Source of the DNA: Vitrella brassicaformis CCMP3155
Taxonomy: Eukaryota; Protista; Chromerida
NCBI GenBank assembly: GCA_001179505.1
Contig: CDMY01000982.1
Location: 124,001-188,000, forward strand
DNA: 64,000 nt
Direction of reading: 5' to 3'
Shown: positions 51,701-64,000 of the stretch, piece after piece
Position numbering within the stretch: position 1 is the first letter of the stretch
Layout: each line of letters opens with the position of its first letter
Made by a program: the position numbers and the translations under genes
The notes under the pieces: generated by a model
The model's input: only the letters and a program-made list of their open reading frames with translations
The model's database searches: none
Told to the model about the DNA's origin: nothing

Positions 51701-52400
51701 TCCCAACAGACACACATATACACCCACACCCACACCAGCACCATCCAGCAGCCGTGGTGGCTCTGACGAGCAGGGCCTCGCCCCATCGGCAGCCGGGGGC
51801 AGTAGCAGTAGCACTTTGGAGAGGGCGGTGGAGGTGGAGGGCCGCGGTGGTCAGCACAGGTACGCACAGAGCAGCCGAGAAGCAGACACCTGTCCTTCTG
51901 TCAATTGCGTGTGTGGTCGCCTCCAGGTGTGGTGGTGGGGTGAGTGAGTTGGATGCGCTGCACCAGCAGCTCGAGGCCATGAGAGTCGAGAAGGAGGCCA
52001 TGCAGAGGACAAACGAGGCCATACTCAAGGAAATCAAGCGCGAGAAGGAGAGGTAATCCTACCAACACCTGACCTGCACACACTATGGGCGACTGCATTC
52101 ACCGCTGTTTGTTTGCTGCAGACTAGAGGAGAGCACTGAGTGTGACATCTGCATGGCTGAGAAGAAGTCCATCGTACTCATCCCATGTGTAAGCCGACGC
52201 ACAGGCACAACGGCTCACCTGTCCCTCTCAGCCATCATGCGCTGCCCACCTCTGTGTGTGTGTGTGTGTGTGTGTGTGTTTACAGCGCCACTTCTGTCTG
52301 TGCGGTGTGTGCTGCGGCCTTGATGTCCAAGCCAGTGGCCCAGCGGCCGTGTCCCCGGTGCCGACAGGCCATCACGGCCACTCGACACGTCTATCTGTGA
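48739..52400 (+). CDS. Helical-domain + RING finger protein, paralogue B (frameshift in last RING exon)
   Basis: Same exon series as paralogue A, including SYGDRVSSRGGKFRPNSVTQAILQHE. RING starts LEESTECDICMAEKKSIVLIPC|RHFCLCGV; the final exon is 2 nt shorter than in paralogue C. Confidence 0.75.
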
Positions 52401-53940
52401 GTGCGGGGCCATGTTGTTAGCGACCTACTCGTGTGGTGCTACGGCGCACGAGAGAGGAGGGGTGACTTTGAGGACAGACGGGGGATGATAGACACCCACC
52501 ACCACCCAGGCACATCGAGGGGGCGCGTGTGGTGGGTCGCATGTGTAGACGGCAGCTGTCTGTGTGACTGTGCATAGCTTATCTGACTTGCTGGCTGACT
52601 GACTGAGTGGCAGGGAGGCGTGCATCATGATGTGACCGTCGATCGATCGATGGATGTGTACAGACTCACTCACTTGACATCTGCGTACATATGTACGTTA
52701 CCCACAGTGTCTGTCGTTGAGTACACGTACACGCGCACATAGACGTACGGTCCTCCCCACCCATCCATCCAGTTGTGCGAGAAGGTCTGTCTGTACATGC
52801 ATCGCATCGCATCCCTCCAACGGTAAGCTATGCGCAGGCACACATCTAGCTACACATACCTCCCTCCGCTCATCGGTCGCTATCGCCAGCCAAAGTCATA
52901 TCTGCGACAGCGGCTCTCACGAGCCCCTGACTGACTATGTAAGTATTCACAGATAGACATGTCGAGTGGCCGTGGTGGCCTGCCTACATCGCGGGCACAG
53001 CCGCTGGTCTACTGGTTTAGACATCAAGGCGGCAGCGCACGCACCACACAGACAGAAGTGACGCTGTAAGCACACACACAATGGGCAGAGCATAGTGGCT
53101 GAGAGGGACGTTGAGTGGTTGTGCATGTTGGCCTACACAGGGGATGAGTACGATGGACTTCTTCTCGGCCATGCAGACGTCGCACTCGGTGCTCTCGCGC
53201 TCCTCCTGCAGCCTGCAACCAACCCACCAACCACGCACACCAGTGAGCAGCGGACGGTCAACGAGAGCTCAGTCCGACGACTGACTCTCGTGTTACTTAC
53301 CTCTCATTCTCGCGCTTGATGGCCTCATTCTGCTTGAGTATGGCCTCCTTCTCCAGCCGCATGGCCTCGAGCTGCTGGCGTAGCGCATCCAGCTCACTGA
53401 CCTCACCATCACACCTGGAGGCAGACGACCACACACGCAATTGACAGAAGGACAGGTGTCTGCTTCCTCGGCTGCTCTGTCCATCGATACGTACGTACCT
53501 GCCGTGACCACCGCGGCCCTCCACCTCCACCGCCCTCTCCAAAGTGCTACTGCTACTGCCCCCGGCTGCCGATGGGGCGAGGCCCTGCTCGTCAGAGCCA
53601 CCACGGCTGCTGGATGGTGCTGGTGTGGGTGTGGGTGTATATGTGTGTCTGTTGGGAGGCTGTGGGGGCGGGGCGGCCGGGCGGGGCGGCAGAGGGAATG
53701 GCAGGGCTGGCGCGTTGTGGGGGCCGCCAGACACAGACGACTGCGATGAGGAGGGCCGCGTCGACTCGGACGAAGACGGGAAGACTCTCGAGCTGAACAC
53801 ACAGACACACCGGAGTTGTCCCTGCTCAGTGTGGTGGAGTGCTTTGGTCGGCCTTACTTCTCGACTGGTTTGTCAGCTATGTTGGTCTGCTGCTGCTGTG
53901 CATTGCCGCCAGTGCCTTTGCCGCCCCTCTTTTTGCGGCC
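51420..53940. repeat. Large inverted repeat formed by 3' ends of paralogues B and C (arms ~51420-52400 and ~52947-53940)
   Basis: Reverse complement of ~53300-53940 matches ~51420-52060 almost base for base, introns included. RING exons and their introns are also similar. Confidence 0.9.
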
Positions 53941-56760
53941 GACGGTGATGAAGCCGCCGCCATCATCGCCCTCGTGTGGCCCTTCCTGCTGCCCACTGCC
54001 GCCAGCAGCAGCGCTCGAGGTGGCCGAGGGGCCGGCAGATGATGCACTGGCGACCCCAGTGCTCACAACGGGGAATGACGGCGGCTGGATCACGGCCGGT
54101 GGCGGCAGAATGGGCACACCGAGACCGCGACCCACTCCAAGAGACATGACCACGCCACCAGAACTATCACCAGTCCCTCGCTGCTGCCGCCCACTGCCGT
54201 CAACGACCGACACAGAGGGCCCGCTAGCAGCCGATGCAGCCGATGGTGAGTATGATGAGCATGAGTGTCGGGGAGGGGAGGGGGGCGACGGGCCGGGGGA
54301 ACGCTCTGCTGTGTCCTCACGCTCTTCAGGGTCTACGTCTATGTCACCGCAATCAGCACTGCATGTCGGCAACACACACACACACACACACACATGTGCA
54401 CGTCGTCACCTTTCTACTCATCTGCTGACTGACCTGGACGGTGCCGCCTCGTGTGTGCCGATGGCTCCTTTGTTCCTTTTGTTGTCCTTCGATTTCTTCT
54501 TTCCCCTCTTTGTGCTACTGCCGGCATTGGCGGGCTGGTCATCGGCCAGGTCGGCGATGAGCTTCTCGGCCCGCTCGTTGGCCGCAGTCTCTATCTCGTC
54601 AAACAGATCCAACAGCTGACACACAACACACACAGAAGTGGACACGGTGGGTATGCCTGCGGCCCTTCTGCGTGTCTTATCACCTCCTGTGGCACAGCTA
54701 GCTGCTGCTGCTGGTGTCCCTTGCGTCTCGCCGGCTGTCCCCCGGCCGCCCGCATCGTCTTCAGGTCCTCGTGCTGCAGGATGGCTCGCGTGACGCTGTT
54801 CGACCGGAGAGCGCCCCTCCTGCTGCTCACGCGACTGCCGTAGCTGCATGCAGGAACACACAAAGATGCACACGCTGTCGTGCGAGTCACAGGCAGGCAG
54901 GCAGGCAGGCATGTTGGCAGGATGTACCTAACAAGAGTCCGCAGAGTATCGACGGCGAAGTCTACGAAGGTATTGACCACCTTCGGGCGGTCGGCGTAGC
55001 CCTTGATGCACCTCAAGGCCACTTGACAGACGAGTGCAGGGGCACCATCGCGCACTGCTATCTGCATGCACCAGATGGATGACCCACAAAGTATGTAGCG
55101 CATCCATCCATCCATCCATCCATCTGTCTGGTCTTTTCACCGCCCACCAACCGACCCACATACCTTTGCGCGCTCATCAGTGAGGTCTGTGGGGTCCCCG
55201 AGTACGTGCATGAGCACAAAATCCTCCCTCGAGTTGTCGCTGCTGTCCTCGAGCACTCCCGCGAGAGTGGAGGTGCAGCCTCCGGCATACACGGCATCAC
55301 GGTGGCCACACGCTGCACGCACACATTGATGGATGCAACACACACATAGAGCAGCGGCCGATACATACGTACTTCGCACGCAGTGCAAACATCTGCCCTG
55401 ACTGACTCACCAGCGAGGAGAAGTGGGACACTCTTGTGAACAATTTCGTCGTGACTGACAGGATTCTTCACAGTGGCGGTCCACTTCCGTAGCACTGCGG
55501 GCACTCTCATGAGACGCTGGACGGGCCCGTCATCAGAGGCAAAGCACTCCCAACCTGCACACATAACATACACACACGTCCACCCAACCCACCCACCCAC
55601 CCACCCACCCACATACCATACACCCACCCACAGAGGGGTTTCTTTCACCTGCCGCGTGCGAGAATGCGATGCAGCAACCAAAGATCCACTCCAGGCACAT
55701 GGCGGCTCCCTCGCGCAGCCCTGCGTCTCCATCAGAGCAGGCCACCACCTCGGCCAGTGGGTCGACGAGGCCGTAGATGTTCTGCTGCAGCACCTCCAGA
55801 AAGGCAACACAGTCGGCATGCGAACCTGAACACACACATACATACATACACACCTGTGCTGTGCTGTGCATGTAAGTGGTGCCTTACTGAACGTGCTGGC
55901 CGCGCAGCGCAAGTCTTCCCCAACAAGCCACAGGATCCTCCGCGCCACCTCACCCCTGAAGCAACCAACCAAGCAAGGTTGTTACGTGCTTGCCTGTTTG
56001 TCGACTGCACTTTTTACCATTTGTCCCGAATTTCCGGTTTCGTATGGGTCATGACGCGCAGACCGACCGAGGACAGCCGCACCCAGAGAAAGTCTGGCAG
56101 AGTCAGTCTTGTTGGGAACGGCGGGCCGTCTCCCGGCAGCTTGCCAAACGCCGATATCAAAAAGACCAGCGCCGCCTTTGGGGGCCCGGGGCTGGTAGTC
56201 TGCTCTGGGATCGTCTCAGCCCACTCCACGGCCCTGTGAAGGATGTCTGGATGATGTTGCACCAGGAAAAGCTGGGAGTCGGTCGCGTTGCGCGCTTGCC
56301 GTCCCCTGACCATGACCACTCGCAGCAGCGCGAAAGCGACGGCGCCGACGAGGTCATCGGCGGTGTCTACCAACAACGTGTCAAGCGACGCGATCAAAGA
56401 CTGCAGCGACTCCGAGAGGGACGAGACAGCCCCTACAAGGAGGGGCTCCAGATGAGGATGGCACAGCAGGTGGAGCACCCGTGCCGCCCAGTCCTGGCGT
56501 GTCTTGTGGCCCACGTCGGTGAAGGCACTCGACACCCGCCGCAGCAAACCCTTGTTTTTGCACAGCCTTTGGGCCGTCTGCTGTACCCAACGCGGCACCT
56601 CCCCATCGGCACCCGCGCTTTTGACCGCGTCGGCGAGACTGACGAGTGTCCCGAGGCTGGTGTCGAGTGCATCCTCCGACAGCTGGTCCGGCGATGATAA
56701 GGCGGCTATGGCACCGTTGACGTCGGGGCGCCGAGAAGACGGCCGGCGGTCGTCAGTCAT
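52947..56760 (-). CDS. Helical-domain + RING finger protein, paralogue C (intact RING)
   Basis: First exon 56760-~56017 resembles A and B; SYGSRVSSRRGALRSNSVTRAILQHE; RING ERESTECDVCMAEKKSIVLIPC|RHFCLCGACAAALMSKPVDQRLCPRCRQATTATRHVYL*. Confidence 0.78.
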
Positions 56761-57189
56761 CACTGCTCGCAGGACTCACGCCGTCGCGTCGCAGCCCACT
56801 CCAAGATCATCACGAGCATCTGCGACGAGCAGCACGGCGCACACAGTTTCCCACAGATCGTGCTGATGCCTCGTTTCCTTCCCTGTCGGCGCCTCACCTC
56901 TTGACTGCCCTTTTGTGCGATAGCGCGCTCTAGCAGCGACACATGCAGCCGACCCATGGCCTGCAGCCGACGGCAGATGGATGTTTGGATGGATGAACCC
57001 GTGGAGCGGCACAGCCAGCGGCATAGAGGGAGTCCCTTCTCCTTTTCTATCCTCTTATATCTTTATGCTACCTTCCACCGTCTGTGATGTGTTTGGTTGT
57101 TGTGCTGCCGATCCGGGTTCAGGGTTTCGAACCCTCAACCCCAAACCCTGACAGCTGCTGCTACTGCCACTGGCGCCGAACCCCTGGGG

Positions 57190-58220
57190 ATGGCTCGGCG
57201 TATCGCGCTGCCACGTGTCGTACCATGCCCACCTCCATCCCTCCCCATACCGCTTCCACCACCATGCAGGCAACTGCACACAGCCGGACGGCAGCTGCTG
57301 TCGACATTCGCATCGCCCACCTGCCTCCTGGCTGATCGGCACTCATGCAGGACCACAGCCTTTCGCCGCTTCTGCCAGTCATCACCACCAGGTGCCGAAG
57401 GCAGCCGGGCCACTCAATCTGATGGATCTGTCCACCGAGTGGCTAAGAGCCTCTCCAATGCGCAGCGGAAGCGCATCGCCCTCTCCCTCCCCCCTCAGCT
57501 GTTGCCGCAGAGGCTCCGCGCGTACGTGCAGAAGATGCGGGAGCGGATGGCGGCCGTGGGGCGTAGGAAGCACGTTGAGGCGGCGCGGCTGCGGCTCAAG
57601 GCGGCGCTGGGTGAGCTCAGGCGGCGGCAGGGAGTGATACGGCAGGCCTACCATGCAAGGCGGGTCAAGCTGACAGAAATGAGGCGGAGAGTTGTCAAGA
57701 GATCGAAAGCGGTGAGGGCGGAACGGACAAGGGCGTGGATAGACGGACAGATGGATGCACAAATTGGCGCGGTGTTGGGTATGTGCAGGTTGCGAAGAAG
57801 ATGGGTCACGGTTTGGTGGGCATGTGGCACAAGTACGGGTGGATCGGCATCGGCACCTACCTCTCCGTCTACGTCTCCACCCTCTCCCTACTCTTCGCAG
57901 CCGTCAACACCGGCATCTTCACGGCAGACGACGCCAAGCGGTACCTCGAGAGCCTCCCGGAGTTCTTCAGCAAACACATCGACGCGTCCAAACTGTCCTC
58001 GGGCGTCGACACAGTGTGGGGCCGGTTCCTGGTGGCGTGGGTGCTGACCAAGATTGTGGAGCCGGCCAGGGCCCTTACGACCGTGGCTTTGGTGCCTCTG
58101 GTGCTGCGTGTGATGGGCAGGGGAGGGCCGGCCGGGCAAAGGGCGGGGGCGCTGCTCAAGAAGGCCGCTGGCAGCAAGGCAGGAGGAGGGGCTACCGCCG
58201 ACAAGGCCAAGGGGACGTGA
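57190..58220 (+). CDS. DUF1279 / FAM210-like protein, probably mitochondrial, 2 exons
   Basis: Arg/Ser-rich presequence-like N-terminus, intron 57712-57788, then KYGWIGIGTYLSVYVSTLSLLFAAVNTG...GRFLVAWVLTKIVEPARALTTVALVP (DUF1279 pattern KYG...AY.LxKxxEPxR). Confidence 0.82.
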
Positions 58221-58579
58221 CTCAGACAGACCGATGTTGTGTGTGTACTCGTTATGCTCATGCCGTCGTCGGTTTGTGTGCTTCCGCCAGGGAGGGTGTC
58301 ATGTCTGGTTTTGATTGCGTGTCCGCTAATCAATGCCGGAGTGGCTGCTCTGTCTGGTGGCGCACACCGAGTGGCGACGGCAGCTGCGAGACTGATTGCT
58401 ACTTGATATGTGTGTCGATAGCTCGTTGGCGAGCTGCTCTTTTCAGACAAGCGACGCGACAGACAGATTTTGTTGCCTCCAATACGAATCAACCTGACGC
58501 GACCCGACGACGCTTTGGATGGTTGTTCTTGTCAATGTGTATTTTGGAGCATTTAAACTTGAAAACGTCGTCATAGCAC

Positions 58580-61500
58580 ACACACAGAGAGAAAGGGGTC
58601 CATCCATCCATCAGGGGCACGTACACACACGCACGCAGTCCGTCATTCAGTCCACACACATCCACTCACAGCACACCCATCAGGACGACAAACACATCAA
58701 TCTGTCTGTTAGCGGCGGCCCCAGAGAGCCAGAGAGGGAAAGAGAGAGACAGGCAGCCGTCAGGGAGGCCTGAGGCAAGACAGACAGACAGGCAGGGCAG
58801 GGCAGGGCAGCGATATGACCGAGGGAGTGTCAATATGGTATGTACACACTCGCCTCACATCGACACACACACTCTCTCTCTCAGACATTGCAATCAGCGG
58901 ACGGATGGACGGATGCGTGTGTACGAGTGGCCGGCCATCAGTCGGTTTGGACGTCTGGAATACAAAAAGGACGAAAATCGATCGCCTGACTGACTCACTG
59001 GATGGATGGATCAATGGGCCGGGCTCGGCTCGGCTCACGCAACGCATCACATCACACCACACCATAGAAGGAGAGGCGGACGTTCGTAATTACAAATACA
59101 TCGGTAGGTACACACAGACATACAGGCAGGCAGGCAGGCAGGCAGGCAGAGAGGCGCGACAGACAGACAGGCAGACAGACGGACAGACGGTGAGGTCTCC
59201 ACCAGACAGAAGCGCACGTGTGAGAGTGAGTGTAGGGAGGTGTGTGTGTATGGTCTATCTGACGGACTCAAATCCACAAGCCGTTACTGACGTCTTCTTT
59301 GCTGTGTGTGTGTCGGGGTGTGTGTGTGCGGATGGGTGGACGGATCGGTGGACGGCAAAACCAGCTAGCGAATCGAATGGCCGAGTGAGTGCTCGCAAAA
59401 TGGCGCACATCCAGAGGCAGACAGGCAGACAGACAGGCTGACAAATAGCTGTACGTACGTTGTTGTCGTGGAGGCGAGGCAGCGAGAAACACAGGCAGGC
59501 AGGCAGGCAGGCAGACAGATAGCACGAGGAGGCCGTCGATCGCTGTGGTGAAAAAATGGCAGGGACGGGGCAGCGGGGACAGACACACAGACGCCGACCG
59601 CCCGGCCCCTCCCCGCCGGCAAAGACGAAACGAGAAACGGCCGATGCAGGCAGGCAGGCAGATAGGCAGACAGAGACGTCACCCACGCAGGGAGCGGGGG
59701 GGCAACATAGAACCGTTCACACACCAATATGTATGTGTGTAGCCTCAGATAGATAACCCTGCCTAGATACGACTGACGATATGACTGAATGAATCAATGA
59801 GTACACCAATACAGACAGGCAGACCATCTCTCTCTCTCTCAGCCACTCCCTCGTACGTACGGTCCACTCGCTTTCTCTACACCACACACCGCCCCACTGT
59901 GCCAGCCCGCCCACCCAGGCACCACACACAAACTTGAAAGAAACGCCCCCATTTTACTTACACACATACATACATACCGACTCGACTGCCGTGCCACGCC
60001 GTGTTGTTCACCGCCTGGTGCTGTGCTGTGTGTGTAGTGGGGGAGGAGCAATGAGATGGCATGTGTGTGTGTGCGTGTGTCGCGAGCTCCGTTTGGAGCT
60101 CTGCAGTGGAGAGGGCCACCATTCGCAACACACACGCGCACCCACACACACGCACACACCACACTCTCCTCCCCCCTCTGTCAGCCAGCCCGGCTCATGA
60201 AAATCTCTGTGGTGCTGTGCCGCATGCCGTCTGCCTGTCAGTCATCTTTTACTACAAAAAAGGCAGTCGCTCCTCTTGCCATTGATCCATCCATTGTTCA
60301 TCCCATCCTCTCGTTCTTCGGTATGTGAAGCGAGTCATGTATTGACAGTCAGTACTGAGACGCATTCATTGTCGGGTCACTCACACTCACGAATGAATGA
60401 ATGCAATGCACACATGAACCCGCCACACCCGACCACCCCGTCCAGGTAGCTACCCTACGTCACCACCACACCACACACAGAGGGGCGGGCGTCACGCCCA
60501 CAAGGCAGACAGACAGACCACCGTGTGTATCTAGCGTATCTTGTCATTCTGAATGTCTGTCTGTTGTTTGGACCCCACAACACAACACACTCTCACCACC
60601 TCCAAAACGGCATCCATCCATCCATCCATCCCATTGTCCCTCGGTCAGCCAGGCTAACAAATAGCTGTGAGTAGGTAGGTAGGCAGGGACTCAGGACGAG
60701 ATAAGTCATGGGCAGGTAGACAGACAGACAGACAGACGGTCACTCCCCGATCAGCCGCCAGTCGTTCAGGTGTGTGTGGGTGGGTGGGTGCCTTGTATTT
60801 GTGTGTGGTTACGTTGCTGTGTGTGTGTGTGTGTGTGTGTGGACTGACTATCATATGAAGTGCAAATGGACGAACATTCCACGACACTCACAGATACACA
60901 CACACATACCCATCCATCCGTCCAGATAGCCCCTTCCCCCCTCTCCCACCCTCCCAGGTCAATCGCCCGTCAGCCATCCATCACTCAGCCATTCATTCGA
61001 GCAGGTCAAGTGCGCCTGACCCCCAATCAGGCGCACAAAACAACCGACGGACGAGCAGGAGCACGATTGAGAGGATCCGTCAGACAGCCAGAGAGTCCCC
61101 CAACACTCTGACCGTACTGAATGGTGTGTATGGGAGGGTTGGTGCTCCATATGTGCAGTCCATCGTCGGCTCGGCAGAATGGCACACAGCGACAGAGAGA
61201 GAGACAGGCAGATCGACTCGACCCACATACAGATACATATCACATCACACACACGCATACACACGGACGCACACAGCTCCACCCTGCCCCCAGACAGACC
61301 TCCATGTGTGTGCGTTGTCAGTGACTAAGTGGATGGATGGATGGCATGATACGATATGGTCTGGTGGTGGTGCGATGCGATCCGTGACCGTAGTGGAGGG
61401 TGATATCTATGTAGCAAAAATAGCTCAACACATACACACACACATCAGTCAGGAGCACCCAGCCATCGGTCAAGACTGCACACACAGCACAACAAACAAA
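58580..61500. repeat. Microsatellite-rich intergenic/UTR region between convergent genes
   Basis: Dense (CA)n, (GGCA)n, (GACA)n, (GGAT)n and (GA)n tracts; ORFs here are repeat translations. Confidence 0.6.
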
Positions 61501-61581
61501 CACACACACACACACGCACACAGAATTACGTCAGGTCCATGCACTCCTCTCTCCGTCCCCCTCGTCTCGATCTCGTGTCGG

Positions 61582-63166
61582 TTAGCGGCTTACAGGGTGT
61601 CCAGGGTGTCCGCCAAACTGCCCGGGCTGCTGTGATGAGAACTGACTCATGGCCTGGTACTGCTGCTGGGCCTGCTGCTGAGCCTGCTGCTGTAGCTGCT
61701 GCAGCTGCTGGGCCGCAATACCGCCATACTGCAGCGCCTGGGCGAGGAAGTGAGCCTGCTGCTGGGGGGGCGCCTGTCCGTGGGGCGGCTGGGACGGCTG
61801 CTGAGGGTGGGGACCCGGTGGCACGGTCGCACCCCCAGCACCCCCAGCACCACCAGCACCCCCAGGTCCGCCGGCGCCCACCTGTGCGGCCCCCGGGAGG
61901 CCCTGGGGCCCCAGGCATGTGTGTGCGACCGACTGGAAGAGCTTCTCGATGTCGGGGGCCACACGCACGAAAGCATACTCCCACAACTTGTACCTGCAGA
62001 CAGACAGACATGTGTTGGTGTGTTGAATGGCATCGCTCTCTCGTCTCTCCGTGTGTGTGAGTGGGGTGTGTGTCGTGCCGTGCCTTGGGTTTCTGATGAG
62101 TTCGATGAAGGTGATGAGGAGGCCCCAGGGGTGCGGACGGTGCACTATCAAACGCTCCAACAACACCCTATCAGACACAAAAAAAAAACACACACACACA
62201 GAGACAGCCAGGAGACTCATGCACCAGTCTCCCTCCCTCCCTCCCTCCCTCTCTGTCTCAGCTCGCGTGTGTCGCGTACCTGGTGATTTGTTCCTGTACG
62301 ACCTGCTGTTTGCACTCTGCGAAGAGGTAGAGCAACACGCAGCTGAAGTAGTGCGTGTGGGCGTTGGGGTATCGCAGCTGGTTGGCGATGGCCGAGAAGA
62401 AGAGGTAGCGGCCGTCCATGTCGAGCTCCTCGGCGAAGTAGGTGAAGATCTCCAGGGACGGGTTGTGCGGGTTGGCGCCGCTCTGCTGCACGTGGTTCGC
62501 CAGCTGCAATCAGTAAAGGAATGAATGCGATACAACCACCACACACACACACACAGAGAGAGACAGACATATGGTGTGCGTTAGTTCCCTCCCTCCGTCT
62601 GTGCTGTGCTGTGTATGTGTGAAAGTGTCGCGTACATAGATCATGAGAGCGTTGAGGACAGGGACGTCATATCGGGTCTCCCGCTTCTTGGCCTCATCAA
62701 AGGTCCGCAGGTACAGCTTCCGACGCAACTCAACCAGAAACCGACGCTCCCGAGTCCTGCAATCCAATCCACACAATCACACTTACAGATGGCCCCCCAC
62801 TGTGACCATCGCCCTCACAGACCTGAAAAAGCTGTCGACGTTTTGTTTGATGCCGTTGTAGCCGAGGACTGCCTGGTAGTTGCCGAGTATCTTGGGTGTG
62901 TGTTTGATCTCCTGGAGGAGGTCGACCTTGAGGTTGGGCATGAAGGGGTCGGGGAGCTTCATCTCCCGCGGGAAGGCCGACAGGATGAGGTTGCGCACTT
63001 GGACGCAGTTCTGCGGGATGACGTCGCACAGGGTGAAGTAGTACTCGCACAAAAACTCGGGGTAGTCGTGCAGCACTACCAGCAGCACACGAAGCGTTCC
63101 TGAGTGGGCCGCGGTGGACAGAAACACCACACACACAGTGATTGATATAACCCGGTCTCCTGATCC

Positions 63167-63201
<35 letters not shown>

Positions 63202-64000
63202 TGCGTGTGTGTGGCTGCCATGCCTACACGCACCCTTGTAAAGTTGTTGGATGGATTCGGTGAGCTGCACTTTCCTCAGGTAGGGCTCCATGAAGTAGAA
63301 GTGCTGCAGTAGTATCTTGTGGAAGAGGTGCCACCCCCTCGACGTCGGCCGGCCGTCCTGCTGGCCCTGTGGGGGCTGCGGCTGGGGGGGCGTGTTGGGC
63401 TGCACCAGCAGCTTGGGCATGAAGGAGCGGTGGCTCGCAAGGTCCAGCCACGAGAAGGAAAACTCGGGGATCCGATTGGGGTTGGTGTGCTGCACAGAAG
63501 TACACAGGCGGAGAGACGGTGTGTGTGTGTGTGTGTGGTGTGTGGTTTAGGAGGTGGGAGGTGGCTGACAGACAGAGAGACTGACCATGAGGAATTTTGA
63601 GAAGAGTTCCCATGAGACGGGTTGCAGTTTCTCGAGTATCCTCTCGGGCATGTTGAGCTCGAAGATGAAGGCCAGGCCCACTCGATAGTACGGCCGCTGG
63701 TTGAACGGAATCCCTGGGTGCTGCTTCGCGTCCCTACAACACACAACACACAACACAGAGCCATCGCCATCCATCAGTGCGCCGCTCTCTCCTCCGTCTG
63801 TCCGTCTGTCCGTCAGTGTCTGTCTGTCTCACTGACTGACCTGTACATGACCCTAGCGAGTTGCCTGAGGACCCTCTCGAGCCACGCCTCTGCCTGCCTG
63901 ACGCCGCTCATGCCGTTCCTCTCAGGTCCGTCGCACAGCTTGCGCATCAGGTGCACCACAAACTTGGCAAACAGGTCCGGGATCGTCTTGTTCATCGACT
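61582..64000 (-). CDS. NOT1: CCR4-NOT complex subunit 1, C-terminal part (gene begins beyond window end)
   Basis: [65 protein letters not shown]...[60 protein letters not shown]; Q/G/P-rich tail to TAA. Confidence 0.96.

Noticed and set aside
58760-61635. Numerous ORFs with CVCV, HTHT, RERE, RQAG and CLSV runs (also throughout introns)
   Set aside because: They are translations of microsatellites, with no splice-consistent coding frame or recognisable motif.
1-64000. rRNA, tRNA or other structured ncRNA genes
   Set aside because: No recognisable conserved motifs or cloverleaf patterns seen by eye; tRNAscan-SE and Infernal would be needed to exclude small ones.

Overview
GC-rich, intron-dense eukaryotic nuclear DNA with many short introns full of (GT)n, (GA)n, (GACA)n, (GGCA)n and (GGAT)n microsatellites. 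Most short ORFs in the supplied track are intron or antisense artefacts, so I rebuilt genes by hand from splice signals. A nucleus-encoded PsbU with a signal peptide/Phe/twin-Arg presequence indicates an alga with a complex red-derived plastid; a chromerid such as Vitrella is my inference, not a search result. Genes recognised from motifs: FANCD2-like (5'-truncated), MLF-family protein, a large TPR-like/IQ-motif protein, psbU, a class III adenylyl cyclase, a multi-pass membrane domain fused to RCC1 repeats, a TMUB-like ubiquitin-like/TM protein, a putative plastid membrane protein, a mitochondrial-carrier protein, a sterol O-acyltransferase/DGAT1-type MBOAT, a DUF1279/FAM210 protein and NOT1 (begins beyond the window end). 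There are also three paralogues of a helical-domain + RING family, two of them forming an inverted pair with near-identical 3' ends. Most unusual features: a 32-39 kb mosaic of chromatin-regulator pieces (intron-retaining class I HDAC fragment, a SANT domain with TGA at its conserved Trp, an AP2-like segment), a PWP2 5' fragment, introns with self-complementary microsatellite pairs, seven head-to-head gene pairs, several carrying an AAGCTCGC motif, and a 92-bp duplication that creates a new exon/intron unit. No rRNA, tRNA, CRISPR array or transposase was seen. All homologies are from remembered family motifs and need HMM/BLAST confirmation.
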